Shown here: piece by piece, positions 1-10,382 of the stretch
How the letters are laid out: each line of letters starts with the position of its first letter
How positions within the stretch are numbered: position 1 is the stretch's first letter
Assembly: GCA_963796685.1 (NCBI GenBank)
Contig: CAWCMR010000009.1
Location: forward strand, 32,001 to 96,000
Length of the DNA: 64,000 nucleotides
Source of the DNA: an uncultured delta proteobacterium
Lineage (GTDB): Bacteria > Myxococcota_A > Polyangia > Fen-1088
Direction of reading: 5' to 3'
Notes under the pieces: generated by a model
What the model was told of the DNA's origin: nothing
What the model saw: only the letters and a program-made list of their open reading frames with translations
Databases searched by the model: none
Program-made: the position numbers and the translations under genes

Positions 1-548
1 TCATTGCCAGGCTAGCCGCGATCATCCCTCCTCCTCGTCGCCATGTCGTCAGATATTCGGGGGTTATCTCCTCGCACAGCTCTCTCCGCAGCCAGGTCGT
101 CCCCGTCCCCGCCGTGGCGGCACCCGAGGAAAAGGACAAGCCTTCACTGCCGCTCTCGCACTATATTTCTTGGAGCCAGCTCCTCAAAAAGACATTCGAG
201 ATCGACACCGTCTGCCCTCGCTGCAAGAGCCCGCTGCATCTCATCGCCATGATCGAGACCGAGGACACCATCAAGAAGATTCTCAAAGCCATGGGACTGC
301 CTACCGAGGCGCCCAAACTCCGGCCTGCACGACCGCCGCCCTCGCAATCTGGTGGCGAGGGCGGAGACTGGCTGAACTGACGGCACGTCGACCAGGGCGG
401 GTTGGAGTAGACTGCCCTGCGTGCTCGAGAAAGACCCCGTCAGGCCCCAGAAACCCGGTCACGTGCGCCGTACCGACGTGATCGGGGCCAACCTAATGCG
501 GCCCGGCAGGGTTCTCAGACGCTCAAAAACCCCCTTCGAATCGCCTAT
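1..548 (+). mobile_element. IS91/ISCR-family element copy A (3' part of transposase to stop at 380, plus oriIS end)
   Basis: Near-identical to the 3' end of the other copies; ends CCCTTCGAATCGCCTAT then GGCC at 549-552. Confidence 0.9.
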
Positions 549-755
549 GGCCCGGCCGGAGCGCGAGAGATACCCAAATCCTGCCGTCGTGGACGCAACC
601 CAACCGGCCAGGCACGAGGCATGCGTCTTTCGGTGAAGGCCTCGTGCTGGCCTGCAGTCAGGCGGGAGTAGGGATGTGGCTTCCTGACCGGATCGCGGGT
701 ACCCACTTGGGCCGAGGTTCCGGCCGAGCCTGAGAAGAAGGTCGATGGGTCATGC

Positions 756-818
756 GTCCAACGCCTTGGCGTTCAGCGGCGCCGCGCAAGCGGCGTCCGC
801 TGCAACGCCTTGTTCGAC
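756..818 (-). other. attC site (integron cassette recombination site)
   Basis: Minus strand GTCGAAC-AAGGCGTTGCAGCGGACGCCGCTTGCGCGGCGCCGCTGAACGCCAAGGC-GTTGGAC: imperfect palindrome with R''/R' cores just downstream of the 832-1281 stop. Confidence 0.85.
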
Positions 819-831
819 GGCTTCGTCGTCC

Positions 832-1281
832 TCATTCCGGAGGAATCTGCGCGAGGAGTATTTGAGCGTCGTACACAAGATATCCCGGCGGAGCTTGAGC
901 GGCCTCCTGAGCGGTCACCATCGTAATGTCGAGCCGCTGACTGGGCTTGTTTATGGTAGTCACGCCGCCACCGGAGCAGTTTGTGTAGGGCCCGTTCGAG
1001 TAGCAGTTCACTGGCTGTTGGATGTTCATCTGCCTGACACTTTGGTTTTCGCCAGCAACATAGAACGCTTGATATCCGGACGCGAGCGTCAGCTCCGCGG
1101 CTCGGCGGAGAGCAAACGTATGAGCTCGTTCTGGAGACGTGTAGCCGTTCCCGGCAAAACTGACTTGCCATGCCCGCTCGCTGAGACGCAGCTCCGAATA
1201 GCCGCCTGCAATCCCAGACGCGTGGTAGCCAGTGGCACAACCGACCAACGTGCAAACGATGAGAAGGTTTCGCAGCTTCAT
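832..1281 (-). CDS. Integron cassette lipoprotein (CC0125/CC1285-like)
   Basis: Lipobox LVGC; 'VSFAGNGYT..ALRRAAELTL..GY..F' motif; lies between attI-like site and attC. Confidence 0.75.
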   Translation of the reverse strand: MKLRNLLIVCTLVGCATGYHASGIAGGYSELRLSERAWQVSFAGNGYTSPERAHTFALRRAAELTLASGYQAFYVAGENQSVRQMNIQQPVNCYSNGPYTNCSGGGVTTINKPSQRLDITMVTAQEAAQAPPGYLVYDAQILLAQIPPE

Positions 1282-1320
1282 TTGTGCATCGTCTCCGGCT
1301 TTGATCCAATGTGCAAGTCC

Positions 1321-1345
1321 GTCGAACTATCTCTTAGCCCGCGAG
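1321..1345 (-). other. Putative attI site
   Basis: Minus strand GGGCTAAGAGATAG|TTCGAC; the GTTCGAC core is complementary to the cassette's own attC R'' GTCGAAC. Confidence 0.55.
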
Positions 1346-1499
1346 GAATAACTATATCCCAGCTGCAGGCGCGGCGCAATCATCTACCGACTTCACTTCC
1401 AACATTCATGATGCCGCGTACTTAGCCGAACCAGCTGACTTCCTGGCATGGGGCGGTTGTCGGATAAAACCGATTCGTCTCGCAGGCTGGGGATGGCTA

Positions 1500-2576
1500 T
1501 CAGCGGTCCAAGGGGCTCCGCACGCCGCAGCCTCCTCGGTTGAGGACGTGTGTGTAGATCATCGTCGTGCTCACGTCGCGGTGGCCGAGCAGTTCTTGGA
1601 TGGTGCGGATGTCGTAGCCGTCTTCCAGGAGGTGGGTCGCGAAGGAATGACGCAGCGTGTGCGGGCTGACCGGTTTGGTAATGCCTGCGGCGATGGCGGC
1701 CTTGCGGACGGCGCGCTGGATGACGGTTTCGTGAAGGTGGTGGCGGTGTACATCGCCGGTTGCGGGGTCGGTATAGGTGCGCGTGGCGGGAAAGATCCAT
1801 TGCCAATTCCATTCCCGAGGGGCGCTTGGGTACTTTCTGGCCAGTGCCTCGGGCAAGAAGACGGCGCCCGCGCCCAGGGCCAGATCGGCCTCGTGTTGGG
1901 TTTTGACGGAGGCAAGATGGGAACGCAGTGTCTCGATAAGCGCGCTGGGAAGAACGGTTCGGCGGTCTTTCTGGCCTTTGCCACAACGGACGGTGATTTC
2001 GCGCCGGTCGAGGTCGATGTCTTTCACCCGAAGGCGCAGGGCTTCGAGCAAGCGTAGGCCAGCGCCATAGAGGAGTGCACAGACCAACCACACTGGGCCT
2101 TGTAAACGCGCGAGCACATCACGCACCTCCGGTCGGCCAAGCACGACGGGGACCTTCTTGGGTCGTTTGGCGTGAACAAGGTCGCCCAACCATTCCAGCT
2201 CGCGTCCGAGTACCTGTTGATAGAGAAAAAGCAGTGCGGCCAGCGCCTGGTTCTGTGTGGAAGCGCTGACTTTCGCTTCGCTGGCCAGGTTGGAGAGGTA
2301 GGCGCCAACCTCGACACTGCTCATCTCGTCAGGGTGGCGCTTGCTGTGAAATAGGATGAACCGGCGGATCCAGCCGACATAGGCCTTTTCGGTTCGCCTG
2401 CTGTAGTGCCGGGCACGTAGTCCAGCGCGCACTCGGTCAAGCAAACGCGGCGGCCGGGCCGAATCCTGGCCGGCATGTCCGGTTCCTGGCCGCACAAGTG
2501 GGATGATGGTTGCGCCTTGGCTGGAATCTTGGTCGTCAATTCGCATGGACAACCAACATTGCGAAGACCATGCCAT
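1500..2576 (-). CDS. intI: Integron integrase (start codon uncertain, about 2546-2576)
   Basis: [31 protein letters not shown], IntI-specific insert [40 protein letters not shown]. Confidence 0.93.
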   Translation of the reverse strand: MAWSSQCWLSMRIDDQDSSQGATIIPLVRPGTGHAGQDSARPPRLLDRVRAGLRARHYSRRTEKAYVGWIRRFILFHSKRHPDEMSSVEVGAYLSNLASEAKVSASTQNQALAALLFLYQQVLGRELEWLGDLVHAKRPKKVPVVLGRPEVRDVLARLQGPVWLVCALLYGAGLRLLEALRLRVKDIDLDRREITVRCGKGQKDRRTVLPSALIETLRSHLASVKTQHEADLALGAGAVFLPEALARKYPSAPREWNWQWIFPATRTYTDPATGDVHRHHLHETVIQRAVRKAAIAAGITKPVSPHTLRHSFATHLLEDGYDIRTIQELLGHRDVSTTMIYTHVLNRGGCGVRSPLDR

Positions 2577-3160
2577 TGCCGGCTCCCAGCGCCAGCGTGC
2601 GCCAGTTCTCCTCGGAGTTCATGCCGGCGTCGCCCACGAACACGCAACGGCCCAGTCGCCAGCCGCGCAAGTCCTGTTTCACCTTCTCGACCGTGGTTAC
2701 GTCCACGGTGTTTCCCGGGAAGACCCACGACCGCACGGGCAGGCCGTCCCGCGTGACCGCCAGACCCACCACCAACTGTGGAACGTCGCCGCGACCATTC
2801 TTCGAATGTCCGCGTTTTCGCAACGCCTCGTATTTCTGTCGACCTGCCAACTTGTTCCCGAGCCTAGGCGCGCTGTCCTCTTCGTCGATCTCGAAATGCA
2901 GCGACGTCGTGTCATAGAAAATGACGTCTACGTCTGCGTTCATCAAGTCCGCCATGCGGAAGAAAACCTCGCGCTCGACGTGCGCCTTGTGTGCCTCCAG
3001 AAAATCCATCGCCCGGTAAAGGTGCTGCAATTCCAGCTTCTCCTTGTCCGGCAGAAACACTTCTTCGGGCAGCCACTGTTGTCGGCAGTAAAGCTTCGAG
3101 CACGGCTTGCTGGTCCGGTTAGCCACCATCGCAAACAACGCGCGCTCGAACGGCTGCTCA
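2575..3160 (-). pseudogene. IS1634-family transposase internal fragment
   Basis: LYRAMDFL, VIFYDTTS, GHSKNGRGD.PQLVVGL, FPGNTVD, VGDAGM motifs; truncated at both ends. Confidence 0.8.
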
Positions 3161-3226
3161 GGGAGAGCACGGAAGGCGGAGGAGGGCGCGGAGGGCGGAG
3201 AAGCTCGGGAAGGTTTTGCCGACCGT

Positions 3227-4977
3227 GGCCGTGCCTCACCCACACAACGCCCGACACCCGCATCACGCACCTTCCGTGACCTGCTTGCCGAGAACCCTCC
3301 TTCATGGAGGCAGCCGCATGCGCAAAACCTGCGACCGGCTACACCTATGCCCGCCGGGAGCCGGAGAAGACCGCGCTCTTCCAGGTGCTCCAGCAGCACC
3401 TGCTCACCTTCGAGCAAGAGTGGACCGACAAGTCCGACGGCCGCACGCTGCCCAGCTTCGTCACCGACGAGCTACACGACTTTCTAGGGTGCGGAATCTT
3501 GGCGCGAGGCTTCGCACAATTCTTGTGCAAAACCTGCCACGAGCGGTACGTTGTGGCCTGGAGCTGTAAGGGTCGTGGCTTCTGTCCGAGCTGCGGAGGC
3601 AGACGCATGAACGCGGGTGCGCTGACTCTGGTCGATCACGTGCTGCCCGAAGTGCCCATCCGACAATTCGTGCTCACCCTGCCTTTCCCGCTGAGATTTC
3701 CCTTGGCCTTCGACGGGAAATTGCTGGGCCAAGTCCTGCGCATCTTCATCGACACCGTCGCGTCCAACTATCGCAAGCGCCTGGCAGATCGGGGCATCCC
3801 CGACGGCGAGTGCGGCGCCGTCACGGTCATCCAGCGCGCCAACAGCGACCTGCGTCTCTCACCGCATTTTCACGTTCTCCAGCTCGATGGAGCGTACGCC
3901 CCTGGGCCCGACGGCGGTGCGCCCATCTTCCACCCGGCTCCGGAACTTACCCAAGAGGACATCCTTGCCATCGTCGCGCGCGCCAGTAAGCGCATCCTCC
4001 GCTTCCTCCAACGTCGCGGGGTCATCACCCTGGTGACCGCGCCAGGCGACGGCGAGATCACCGTCGTCACCGACGAGACCATCGGCGAGAAGGATCCGCT
4101 CCTGGCTCGCTTGTTGGCCGCCGCCACCGCTGGCGCCTCGCCTGCCGGCCCTGCGCACAAGCGGGCTCCCGTGCGCATCGTGCTCGACCCTGGCGCCACG
4201 CCCGTGGCCAAGGGCAAACTATGCGGCCAGCAAGCAGGCTTCAACCTGCATGCTCAAACCAAAGTCGCCGCCAACGACAAGAAGGGTCGCGAAAACCTGT
4301 GCAAGTACATCTTGCGCCCGCCTCTCGCCAACGACCGCCTCAAGATCCTCGACGACAAAACCGTCAGGCTCGACTTCAAGAAGCCCTGGTCGGATGGCAC
4401 ATCGTCGGTCGACCTTGCGCCGCTCGCCCTCATTGCGAGGCTAGCCGCGATCATCCCTCCTCCTCGTCGCCATGTCGTCAGATATTCGGGGGTTATCTCC
4501 TCGCACAGCTCTCTCCGCAGCCAGGTCGTCCCCGTCCCCGCCGTGGCGGCACCCGAGGAAAAGGACAAGCCTTCACTGCCGCTCTCGCACTATATTTCTT
4601 GGAGCCAGCTCCTCAAAAAGACATTCGAGATCGACACCGTCTGCCCTCGCTGCAAGAGCCCGCTGCATCTCATCGCCATGATCGAGACCGAGGACACCAT
4701 CAAGAAGATTCTCAAAGCCATGGGACTGCCTACCGAGGCGCCCAAACTCCGGCCTGCACGACCGCCGCCCTCGCAATCTGGTGGCGAGGGCGGAGACTGG
4801 CTGAACTGACGGCACGTCGACCAGGGCGGGTTGGAGTAGACTGCCCTGCGTGCTCGAGAAAGACCCCGTCAGGCCCCAGAAACCCGGTCACGTGCGCTGC
4901 GCAGACGTGATCGGGGCCGACCTGACGCGTCCTGGCAGGGTTCTCAGACGCTCAAAAACCCCCTTCGAATCGCCTAT
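3227..4977 (+). mobile_element. IS91/ISCR element copy B (left end at GGCC inferred; right end is oriIS)
   Basis: About 1.75 kb repeated unit; oriIS-like TTCGAATCGCCTAT followed by GGCC; no terminal IRs or target duplication. Confidence 0.88.
3304..4809 (+). CDS. IS91/ISCR rolling-circle (HUH) transposase, 501 aa
   Basis: Zn-binding CxxC..SCKGRGFCPSC, HUH motif PHFH, KYILRPP (single catalytic Tyr, ISCR-like), RYSG, C-terminal CPRC. Confidence 0.93.
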   Translation: MEAAACAKPATGYTYARREPEKTALFQVLQQHLLTFEQEWTDKSDGRTLPSFVTDELHDFLGCGILARGFAQFLCKTCHERYVVAWSCKGRGFCPSCGGRRMNAGALTLVDHVLPEVPIRQFVLTLPFPLRFPLAFDGKLLGQVLRIFIDTVASNYRKRLADRGIPDGECGAVTVIQRANSDLRLSPHFHVLQLDGAYAPGPDGGAPIFHPAPELTQEDILAIVARASKRILRFLQRRGVITLVTAPGDGEITVVTDETIGEKDPLLARLLAAATAGASPAGPAHKRAPVRIVLDPGATPVAKGKLCGQQAGFNLHAQTKVAANDKKGRENLCKYILRPPLANDRLKILDDKTVRLDFKKPWSDGTSSVDLAPLALIARLAAIIPPPRRHVVRYSGVISSHSSLRSQVVPVPAVAAPEEKDKPSLPLSHYISWSQLLKKTFEIDTVCPRCKSPLHLIAMIETEDTIKKILKAMGLPTEAPKLRPARPPPSQSGGEGGDWLN

Positions 4978-5319
4978 GGCCATACGCACAGCTTGCAGCG
5001 ACTCTTCACCATCCTTGAGCCCCGTCTGAAGTTGGTTACCCCTGACGAAGAGATTCCGGAGGATGTTCGATCTTCGGTATTCCAGCTTCACAATATGGAT
5101 CCCACCGGAGAGGTGTTTCGATATCCACGAAGAAGGGGCAAGGATGAGCCAATCTTCAATACGCAGACCTGGTTTGATATCGGTCGGATCGTTGAAAGGC
5201 TCGGACAATCGATTCGGTTCCTCTCCGATGGCATCGGAGGATGGTTGGCCTACGAAATAGGCTCGATGAACGACTACATCTCCTTCCTCGAATCTGAGAG
5301 CTACGACTGGAACGAGTAG
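4978..5319 (+). pseudogene. 5'-truncated HEPN-like protein
   Basis: Frame begins at the GGCC junction: GHTHSL...HNMDPTGEVFRYP, resembling the HEPN C-terminal half. Confidence 0.5.
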
Positions 5320-5448
5320 CCCGGACGTATTCCGCCCACGCAGAGAGAGGGATTCCGCGGGCGTGCATTTCGTAAGCTGTCGTCTTACTGTCGTGGTGTG
5401 ACTGGCCGGACAAAGCGAAGCTCTGAGACAGCAAAGGAGGCTACCCAC

Positions 5449-6126
5449 ATGAACGCTGTCATCGCTTCAAACATCCGCCAGCACCGAGAGACCCTTACAT
5501 GGACCCAAGAGCAGCTGGCACAGGCCGCCAGCATCAGCCCGCGAACTGTTCAGCGCGCCGAGGAAGGCCGAGGCTTGAGCGCAGAGACCCTTCTCGCCAT
5601 CGCAGGGGCGATGAATATCTCTGTCGAGGCGCTTCGGTTCGATTTCGATTCCGCCATGGCAACCTTGCTGGGCGTCCGACTAGAGGAAGTCACCGAGGAA
5701 CTCATCGCGAACAAGCTCGCGGAGGCCCAGGCCAAATACCTGGTCATTCCACTTGCAGTCGTTCGCACGGCGGAGAACCTTCGGCCTCTGTTTACGGCCG
5801 ACGCCATGTGTTTCGAGAGTCGGACCGGGCTACCTACAGCGGAGCCCATCGTCGCCGCACTGGAAACCGATCTCCGCGACTATCTCGATATTGGCTCCGA
5901 TCTGAATCCCGTCCAACGTCACGAGGCCGCGGTGTCTGTCCTAGAGATCGTCGGGCGCCTCAACACCCTTGGCGTCGCGGTATCCCTGGGAATGCGACGC
6001 CAGCGCCTTCGTTTTGGCGAAGGCGCCCCCGCGCTGTGGACAATCGCATACTTCGTGCTGACGCCAGCATCCGAACCATCCCGCTGCGCGCTGGTCGAGA
6101 AGAACGTGTCTTTCCAGCTAGCCTAG
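5449..6126 (+). CDS. XRE-family HTH regulator with C-terminal extension
   Basis: IRQHRETLTWTQEQLAQAASISPRTVQRAEEG; RBS AAGGAGG. Confidence 0.85.
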   Translation: MNAVIASNIRQHRETLTWTQEQLAQAASISPRTVQRAEEGRGLSAETLLAIAGAMNISVEALRFDFDSAMATLLGVRLEEVTEELIANKLAEAQAKYLVIPLAVVRTAENLRPLFTADAMCFESRTGLPTAEPIVAALETDLRDYLDIGSDLNPVQRHEAAVSVLEIVGRLNTLGVAVSLGMRRQRLRFGEGAPALWTIAYFVLTPASEPSRCALVEKNVSFQLA

Positions 6127-6146
6127 TGCCGCGACGCCGGAGCGGC

Positions 6147-6893
6147 CTAGCGACCTCCTGGGAGTGAACGATTGGGACCGAACAGACTCATGCTGGGGAC
6201 GGCGGGCTTAGCTCCTTTGCGCTTCTTACGGGCCGGCGGAACTGACGAAAGCCGTGCTGGTATTGAACTGGTCTGTTCAGGAGTCAATGCAGCCCCCGTC
6301 GACTTCGCTGAGGGCTGCTGTGGGACAGCAGAAGACCGGGGCCTCCGCTTTCCCGTGATGGGCTGCTGTGGCGTGTACTCCGAGTGAAAGGGCGCGTCGA
6401 CCTTGATCTTGGCTTGGCGCAAAGTGGACTTCTTTCGCGAGTGATCTCCGTCGGCGGGATCATCGCCCCAGAAGGAATCATCATGGGTGTAGATCCTCGC
6501 GATTCCGGCCTGAATAATGGCATTGCAGCACGCCAGGCAGGGAAATTTTGTTACGTAAATCGTCGCCCCTTGAAGAGCAATTCCGACGCGAGCGGCGTTG
6601 TGGATTGCATTCTGCTCGGCGTGACAGATTAGGCGAAGCTTCTCGTCCGTGTTTGAGAGGAGTTTCGGGTCGTCGAAGACTTGACGTGCAAATCCGTTGA
6701 ACCCTGTGGAAAGGATTTGCTCGTCTCGAACGATCACAGCACCGACACGGCACTTTGGATCTTTGGACTTACGTCCGGCGGTCAATGCCATCTCCAACCA
6801 ATACTCGTCCCATCTATCAATGTAGGGCGCAACATCCACCGGAAGGACTGTCGTCACAACCTCAGGATTCGTCATAGCTTCACAGTTTGACAC
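6147..6893 (-). CDS. dCMP/deoxycytidylate deaminase-family protein with low-complexity basic tail
   Basis: SKDP..RVGAVIV, STGFNG, HAEQNAI, FPCLACC Zn-deaminase motifs. Confidence 0.9.
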   Translation of the reverse strand: MSNCEAMTNPEVVTTVLPVDVAPYIDRWDEYWLEMALTAGRKSKDPKCRVGAVIVRDEQILSTGFNGFARQVFDDPKLLSNTDEKLRLICHAEQNAIHNAARVGIALQGATIYVTKFPCLACCNAIIQAGIARIYTHDDSFWGDDPADGDHSRKKSTLRQAKIKVDAPFHSEYTPQQPITGKRRPRSSAVPQQPSAKSTGAALTPEQTSSIPARLSSVPPARKKRKGAKPAVPSMSLFGPNRSLPGGR

Positions 6894-6980
6894 GATGCCG
6901 GTTGCGCTGCCAGTCAGTCCAGCTAATAGGAACCTCTATGCCTACATGAGCAACGCGCACCGACACCATCCCCGCAGCCG

Positions 6981-7460
6981 TCACCGCCCACCTTCCCCGC
7001 CACACAGCCGCAGCCATCGCGCCTCAACCATCGCCGTTGTCGCACTCGGGGCGACGTGGGTGTACCGCTCGGTAGACGCGCTATCGCTGTGCCCGAGCAG
7101 CGTCCCGATGACCTTCTGGCCGGCGCCCATGACGGCGTAGCTGCTGCCGGCGGTGTGGCGGGCGCCGTGGCTCGTGATGCGGCGGACGCCGGCCTCTTTC
7201 GCGAGGTCGCGATACCAGCGATTCAAAACCTTGTTCGAGAGCACGCCGCCACGAGGATCCGGGAAGAGAAGCTGGTCCTCGGTCCGCAGCATGAACCGCT
7301 GCAACTCGTCGGCCAGCGCTCGCGGGATGACCTGAAATCTGGTGCGCTTGTTCTTCGGCGTGGACACGATCGTCCTCGCCTGGGAGCGACGAATCCAGAG
7401 CCCTGGTGTTTGAAGATCGAGGTCTACCTTCGTCAACGCCCTCACCTCGCTGAGGCGCAC
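6981..7460 (-). pseudogene. Tyrosine recombinase C-terminal fragment
   Basis: RLSEV, TPKN, HGARH, LLGH, TERYTH; N-terminus missing. Confidence 0.8.
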
Positions 7461-7594
7461 TGCCCGGCATACTGCGCGCTTGGAGAAAATGTCACGCCGA
7501 TGTGGACGATTTCCCGACGGGCCAAGTCCACGATCACGAAGCAGCAACGCACAGAGCTTGATTAAATTGGCTCGATTGACAAGACGGTCAAGTA

Positions 7595-8668
7595 ATGCTA
7601 TTTAGTCAAGCGATGGAAGCGCGGCGTGAGCATGACCGTCTGGCAGGGAAGGTGCCCGACATGCTGGCCGAGCTCCTTGGGGTCGATCACGCCGCACTGG
7701 AAGTGCAGGCCGAACCCGCGTGCGGGGCCGCTCTGGTCGTCACCGCGGGCCCGACCTTCGTCGTCGAGGTGAAGTGGTCCACCAGCGCCGGCGCGCTGGC
7801 CGCGACCGCGGAACAGGCCAAGGAGCATGCTTCCCGCCTTCGTCGCAAAACGGTTGTCCCGCTCGTGGCAGTCCCCTTCATGGGTGAAGTCGGCCGCAAG
7901 ACCTGTGAGGATGCAGGCGTCGCATGGATCGACCTGTCCGGCAACGCGCGTATCATCGCCCCGGGCATCCGCGTGATCGTCGAGGGGAAGCCCAACCGGT
8001 TCAAGACCGCCGGGCGGCCACGGAACCTGTTCGCCCCCAAGAGCTCGCGCATCATCCGCTGGTTGCTGATCAACGCCGGGAAGTACCTCACCCAACGCGA
8101 GATCACCCGCGCCACCGGCCTCGACGAAGGCATGGTCAGTCGTTTGGTCGCGCGACTAACGGCGGACGAGTACCTGATTCGCGACGAGCAGGGCGGCGTA
8201 CGTGCAAAATCGCCTGAGCTCTTGCTGGACGCCTGGCGCGAGGCGGACGAGTTCTCGAAGCACACCGTGCATCGCGGGCATGTCGCAGCTCGCTCGGGAG
8301 ACCTGCTCCTACGCCTTGTCGTCGACACCCTCACCGAGCGCGGACACGAGCACGCGGCCACGGGACTTGCCGCTGCCTGGGCGATGACCCGTTTTGCCTC
8401 GTTCCGCATCACGACTGTCTACCTGCCGACGGATCCATCGCCCGAGCTGATCGAACAGCTCGGCTTCCGAGCGGATGAGCGTGGGGCGAACCTGTGGTTG
8501 GTCGTCCCGAGCGACCCGGGCGTGTTCCAGGGCGCCGTCGACAAGGATGGCATCAGGTGCGTCCATCCCGTCCAGGTTTACGTCGATCTCAAGGCTCACC
8601 CTGAGCGGGCCAGCGAAGCCGCAGAGCGCCTGCGAGCCGAGCTGCTGACCTGGAGGCACGATGGCTGA
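7595..8668 (+). CDS. AbiEi-like (type IV TA antitoxin-type) protein
   Basis: WIDLSGNA, HTH TQREI, LLDAW, C-terminal PVQVYVDL..ERASEAAERL; overlaps the next gene. Confidence 0.75.
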   Translation: MLFSQAMEARREHDRLAGKVPDMLAELLGVDHAALEVQAEPACGAALVVTAGPTFVVEVKWSTSAGALAATAEQAKEHASRLRRKTVVPLVAVPFMGEVGRKTCEDAGVAWIDLSGNARIIAPGIRVIVEGKPNRFKTAGRPRNLFAPKSSRIIRWLLINAGKYLTQREITRATGLDEGMVSRLVARLTADEYLIRDEQGGVRAKSPELLLDAWREADEFSKHTVHRGHVAARSGDLLLRLVVDTLTERGHEHAATGLAAAWAMTRFASFRITTVYLPTDPSPELIEQLGFRADERGANLWLVVPSDPGVFQGAVDKDGIRCVHPVQVYVDLKAHPERASEAAERLRAELLTWRHDG

Positions 8669-9608
8669 CAAACCGAAGCGAGCCTCGGAGTACGGGAGCG
8701 CGCAGGTCGCGCTCGTGCGGTCGACCTGCCTCTACGTCGCGACCAAGCTCGGCGACATGATGGACGATGTCGTGGTCGTCGGCGGGCTCGTCCCGTCTTT
8801 GCTCATCGACCAAGGTGCATTGCCCGAGGGCGTGGCCGCGCATGTCGGCACGATGGATCTCGACGTCGGGCTCAAGCTGGCCCTGCTCGACGAAGGACGC
8901 TATCGCACGCTGACCGAGCGCCTGCGCGACGCCGGCTTCGTGCCCGACCAAACCGACGAGGGACGGCCGGCGCGGCAGCGTTGGCGAGCTGCCAGCCTCG
9001 GCGCGGTGACGGTGGACTTCTTGATCCCGCCGTCTATGCCGAACGACCAGGGCGGCAAGCTCCGCAACATCGAGAAGGACTTCGCTGCCATCATCGCGCC
9101 CGGTTTGAAGCTAGCCTTCCAGGACCGTCGACGCGTCCGCATCGAGGGCAAGACCATCTCCGGCGAGAAGGCAGCACGCGCGGTGTGGGTCTGCGGGCCA
9201 GGGGCTTTCGTGGTGCTCAAAGCGCTCGCCTTTCTTGGTAGAGGCGAGAACAAGGACGCCTACGACCTCTACTACCTGATCCGGAACTTCGGTGCCGGCA
9301 TCGGTGAGGTAGCTGCCTGCCTGCAACCGCTGTTGGCCGACGATGAGGCCAAGAAGGCTGTCCAGATCCTCCGCGACGACTTCCTCCTCCACGACGGCAT
9401 CGGTCCCCGTCGGGTCGCGGAGTTCCTGCAAGGCGAGGCCGACGACGAGATCCAGGCCGACGTGGTCGGCTTCGTACGGGAGTTGCTGAACCGCTGCACC
9501 GCCATCGACTACGTCGAGTCGTTCGGCATGGCCGCCATCGAACGCTACGAGGCCGAGCTGCGATCACGTGACCGTGTACCTCGACGTCAAGGACGGTGTC
9601 GTCCGTGA
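8661..9608 (+). CDS. AbiEii-like nucleotidyltransferase; C-terminus replaced by SufS-derived sequence after 9496
   Basis: VVVGG, HVGTMDLD, LKALA, KDAYDLY; from 9497 identical to the suf passenger. Confidence 0.75.
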   Translation: MADKPKRASEYGSAQVALVRSTCLYVATKLGDMMDDVVVVGGLVPSLLIDQGALPEGVAAHVGTMDLDVGLKLALLDEGRYRTLTERLRDAGFVPDQTDEGRPARQRWRAASLGAVTVDFLIPPSMPNDQGGKLRNIEKDFAAIIAPGLKLAFQDRRRVRIEGKTISGEKAARAVWVCGPGAFVVLKALAFLGRGENKDAYDLYYLIRNFGAGIGEVAACLQPLLADDEAKKAVQILRDDFLLHDGIGPRRVAEFLQGEADDEIQADVVGFVRELLNRCTAIDYVESFGMAAIERYEAELRSRDRVPRRQGRCRP

Positions 9609-9915
9609 CATCAGCTTCCAAGGCGAGGGCTGCGCCATCGCCAGGGCGTCGGCGTCCATGATGACGTCGGTGGTGAAGGGAAAGTCCTTGGCCGACGCCT
9701 CCGAGACCTTCAAGCGCTTCCGCCAGATGATCACCGGCGGCCAGGATCCCTGCTTCGACCTCGAAGACCTGGGCAAGCTCGCCGCGTTCTCCGACGTAAG
9801 CGCGTTCCCCGTGCGGGTCAAGTGCGCAAGCCTCGCCTGGCACACCTTGAACGCGGCCATGCACGAGACCACGACCGAGCCCACCAGCGGCAGCGAGCCC
9901 AGCAAGGAGCCCTAA
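9561..9915 (+). pseudogene. sufU: 5'-truncated SufU (fused to sufS fragment by internal deletion)
   Basis: DHVTVYL..FQGEGCAIARASASMMT..FPVRVKCASLAWH; first NPxCG motif missing. Confidence 0.85.
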
Positions 9916-9917
9916 AA

Positions 9918-10313
9918 GTGACGGCGGCCCCCAATCCCCAGCCCGCACCCGACCCGCCCCCCGACCCGCCATCGGGCTCCACCGCCAACGATGCGGCCAC
10001 CGCCCAGTTGGAGCGCCTGGTGTGGCAGGAGCTGCGCGAGTGCTACGACCCGGAGATCCCCGTCAACATCGTGGAGCTGGGGCTCGTCTACGCCATGAGG
10101 ACCGAGCCCCTGCCCGAGGGCGGCCACCGGGTCGAGGTCCTCATGACCGTGACCTCTACTGCCTGTGGCATGTCCGAGATCCTGCGCAGCGAGGCCGACG
10201 CGCGCATTCGCAAGCTGCCCGGCGTGGCGCAGGTCGAGGTCGCCATCACCTTCGACCCGACCTGGACCCCCGAGCTCATGAGCGACGACGCGCGCATGAT
10301 GCTGAATTTGTGA
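9918..10313 (+). CDS. sufT: SufT/DUF59 Fe-S assembly protein
   Basis: LRECYDPEIPVNIVELGLVY..MT.T...C..FDPTWTPELMS; GTG start after sufU stop. Confidence 0.85.
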   Translation: MTAAPNPQPAPDPPPDPPSGSTANDAATAQLERLVWQELRECYDPEIPVNIVELGLVYAMRTEPLPEGGHRVEVLMTVTSTACGMSEILRSEADARIRKLPGVAQVEVAITFDPTWTPELMSDDARMMLNL

Positions 10314-10382
10314 CTGGAGAGAGCGCAGAGGGCGGAGGAGGGCGCGGAGGGCGGAGAAGCTCGGGAAGGTTTTGCCGACCGT

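Larger units (their letters stand above)
9497..10382 (+). repeat. suf passenger segment upstream of IS copy C
   Basis: Near-identical to 32069-32954; shorter versions at 13402-13808 and 45019-45634. Confidence 0.9.

Noticed and set aside
4221-4910. 229-aa overlapping ORF and antisense ORFs recurring in each IS copy
   Set aside because: They recur only because the DNA is duplicated; no motifs, typical GC-rich shadow frames.
4976-4981. ATG created by CCTAT+GGCC as a start codon donated to cargo
   Set aside because: Not in frame with the downstream ORF at the five junctions checked (B-F).
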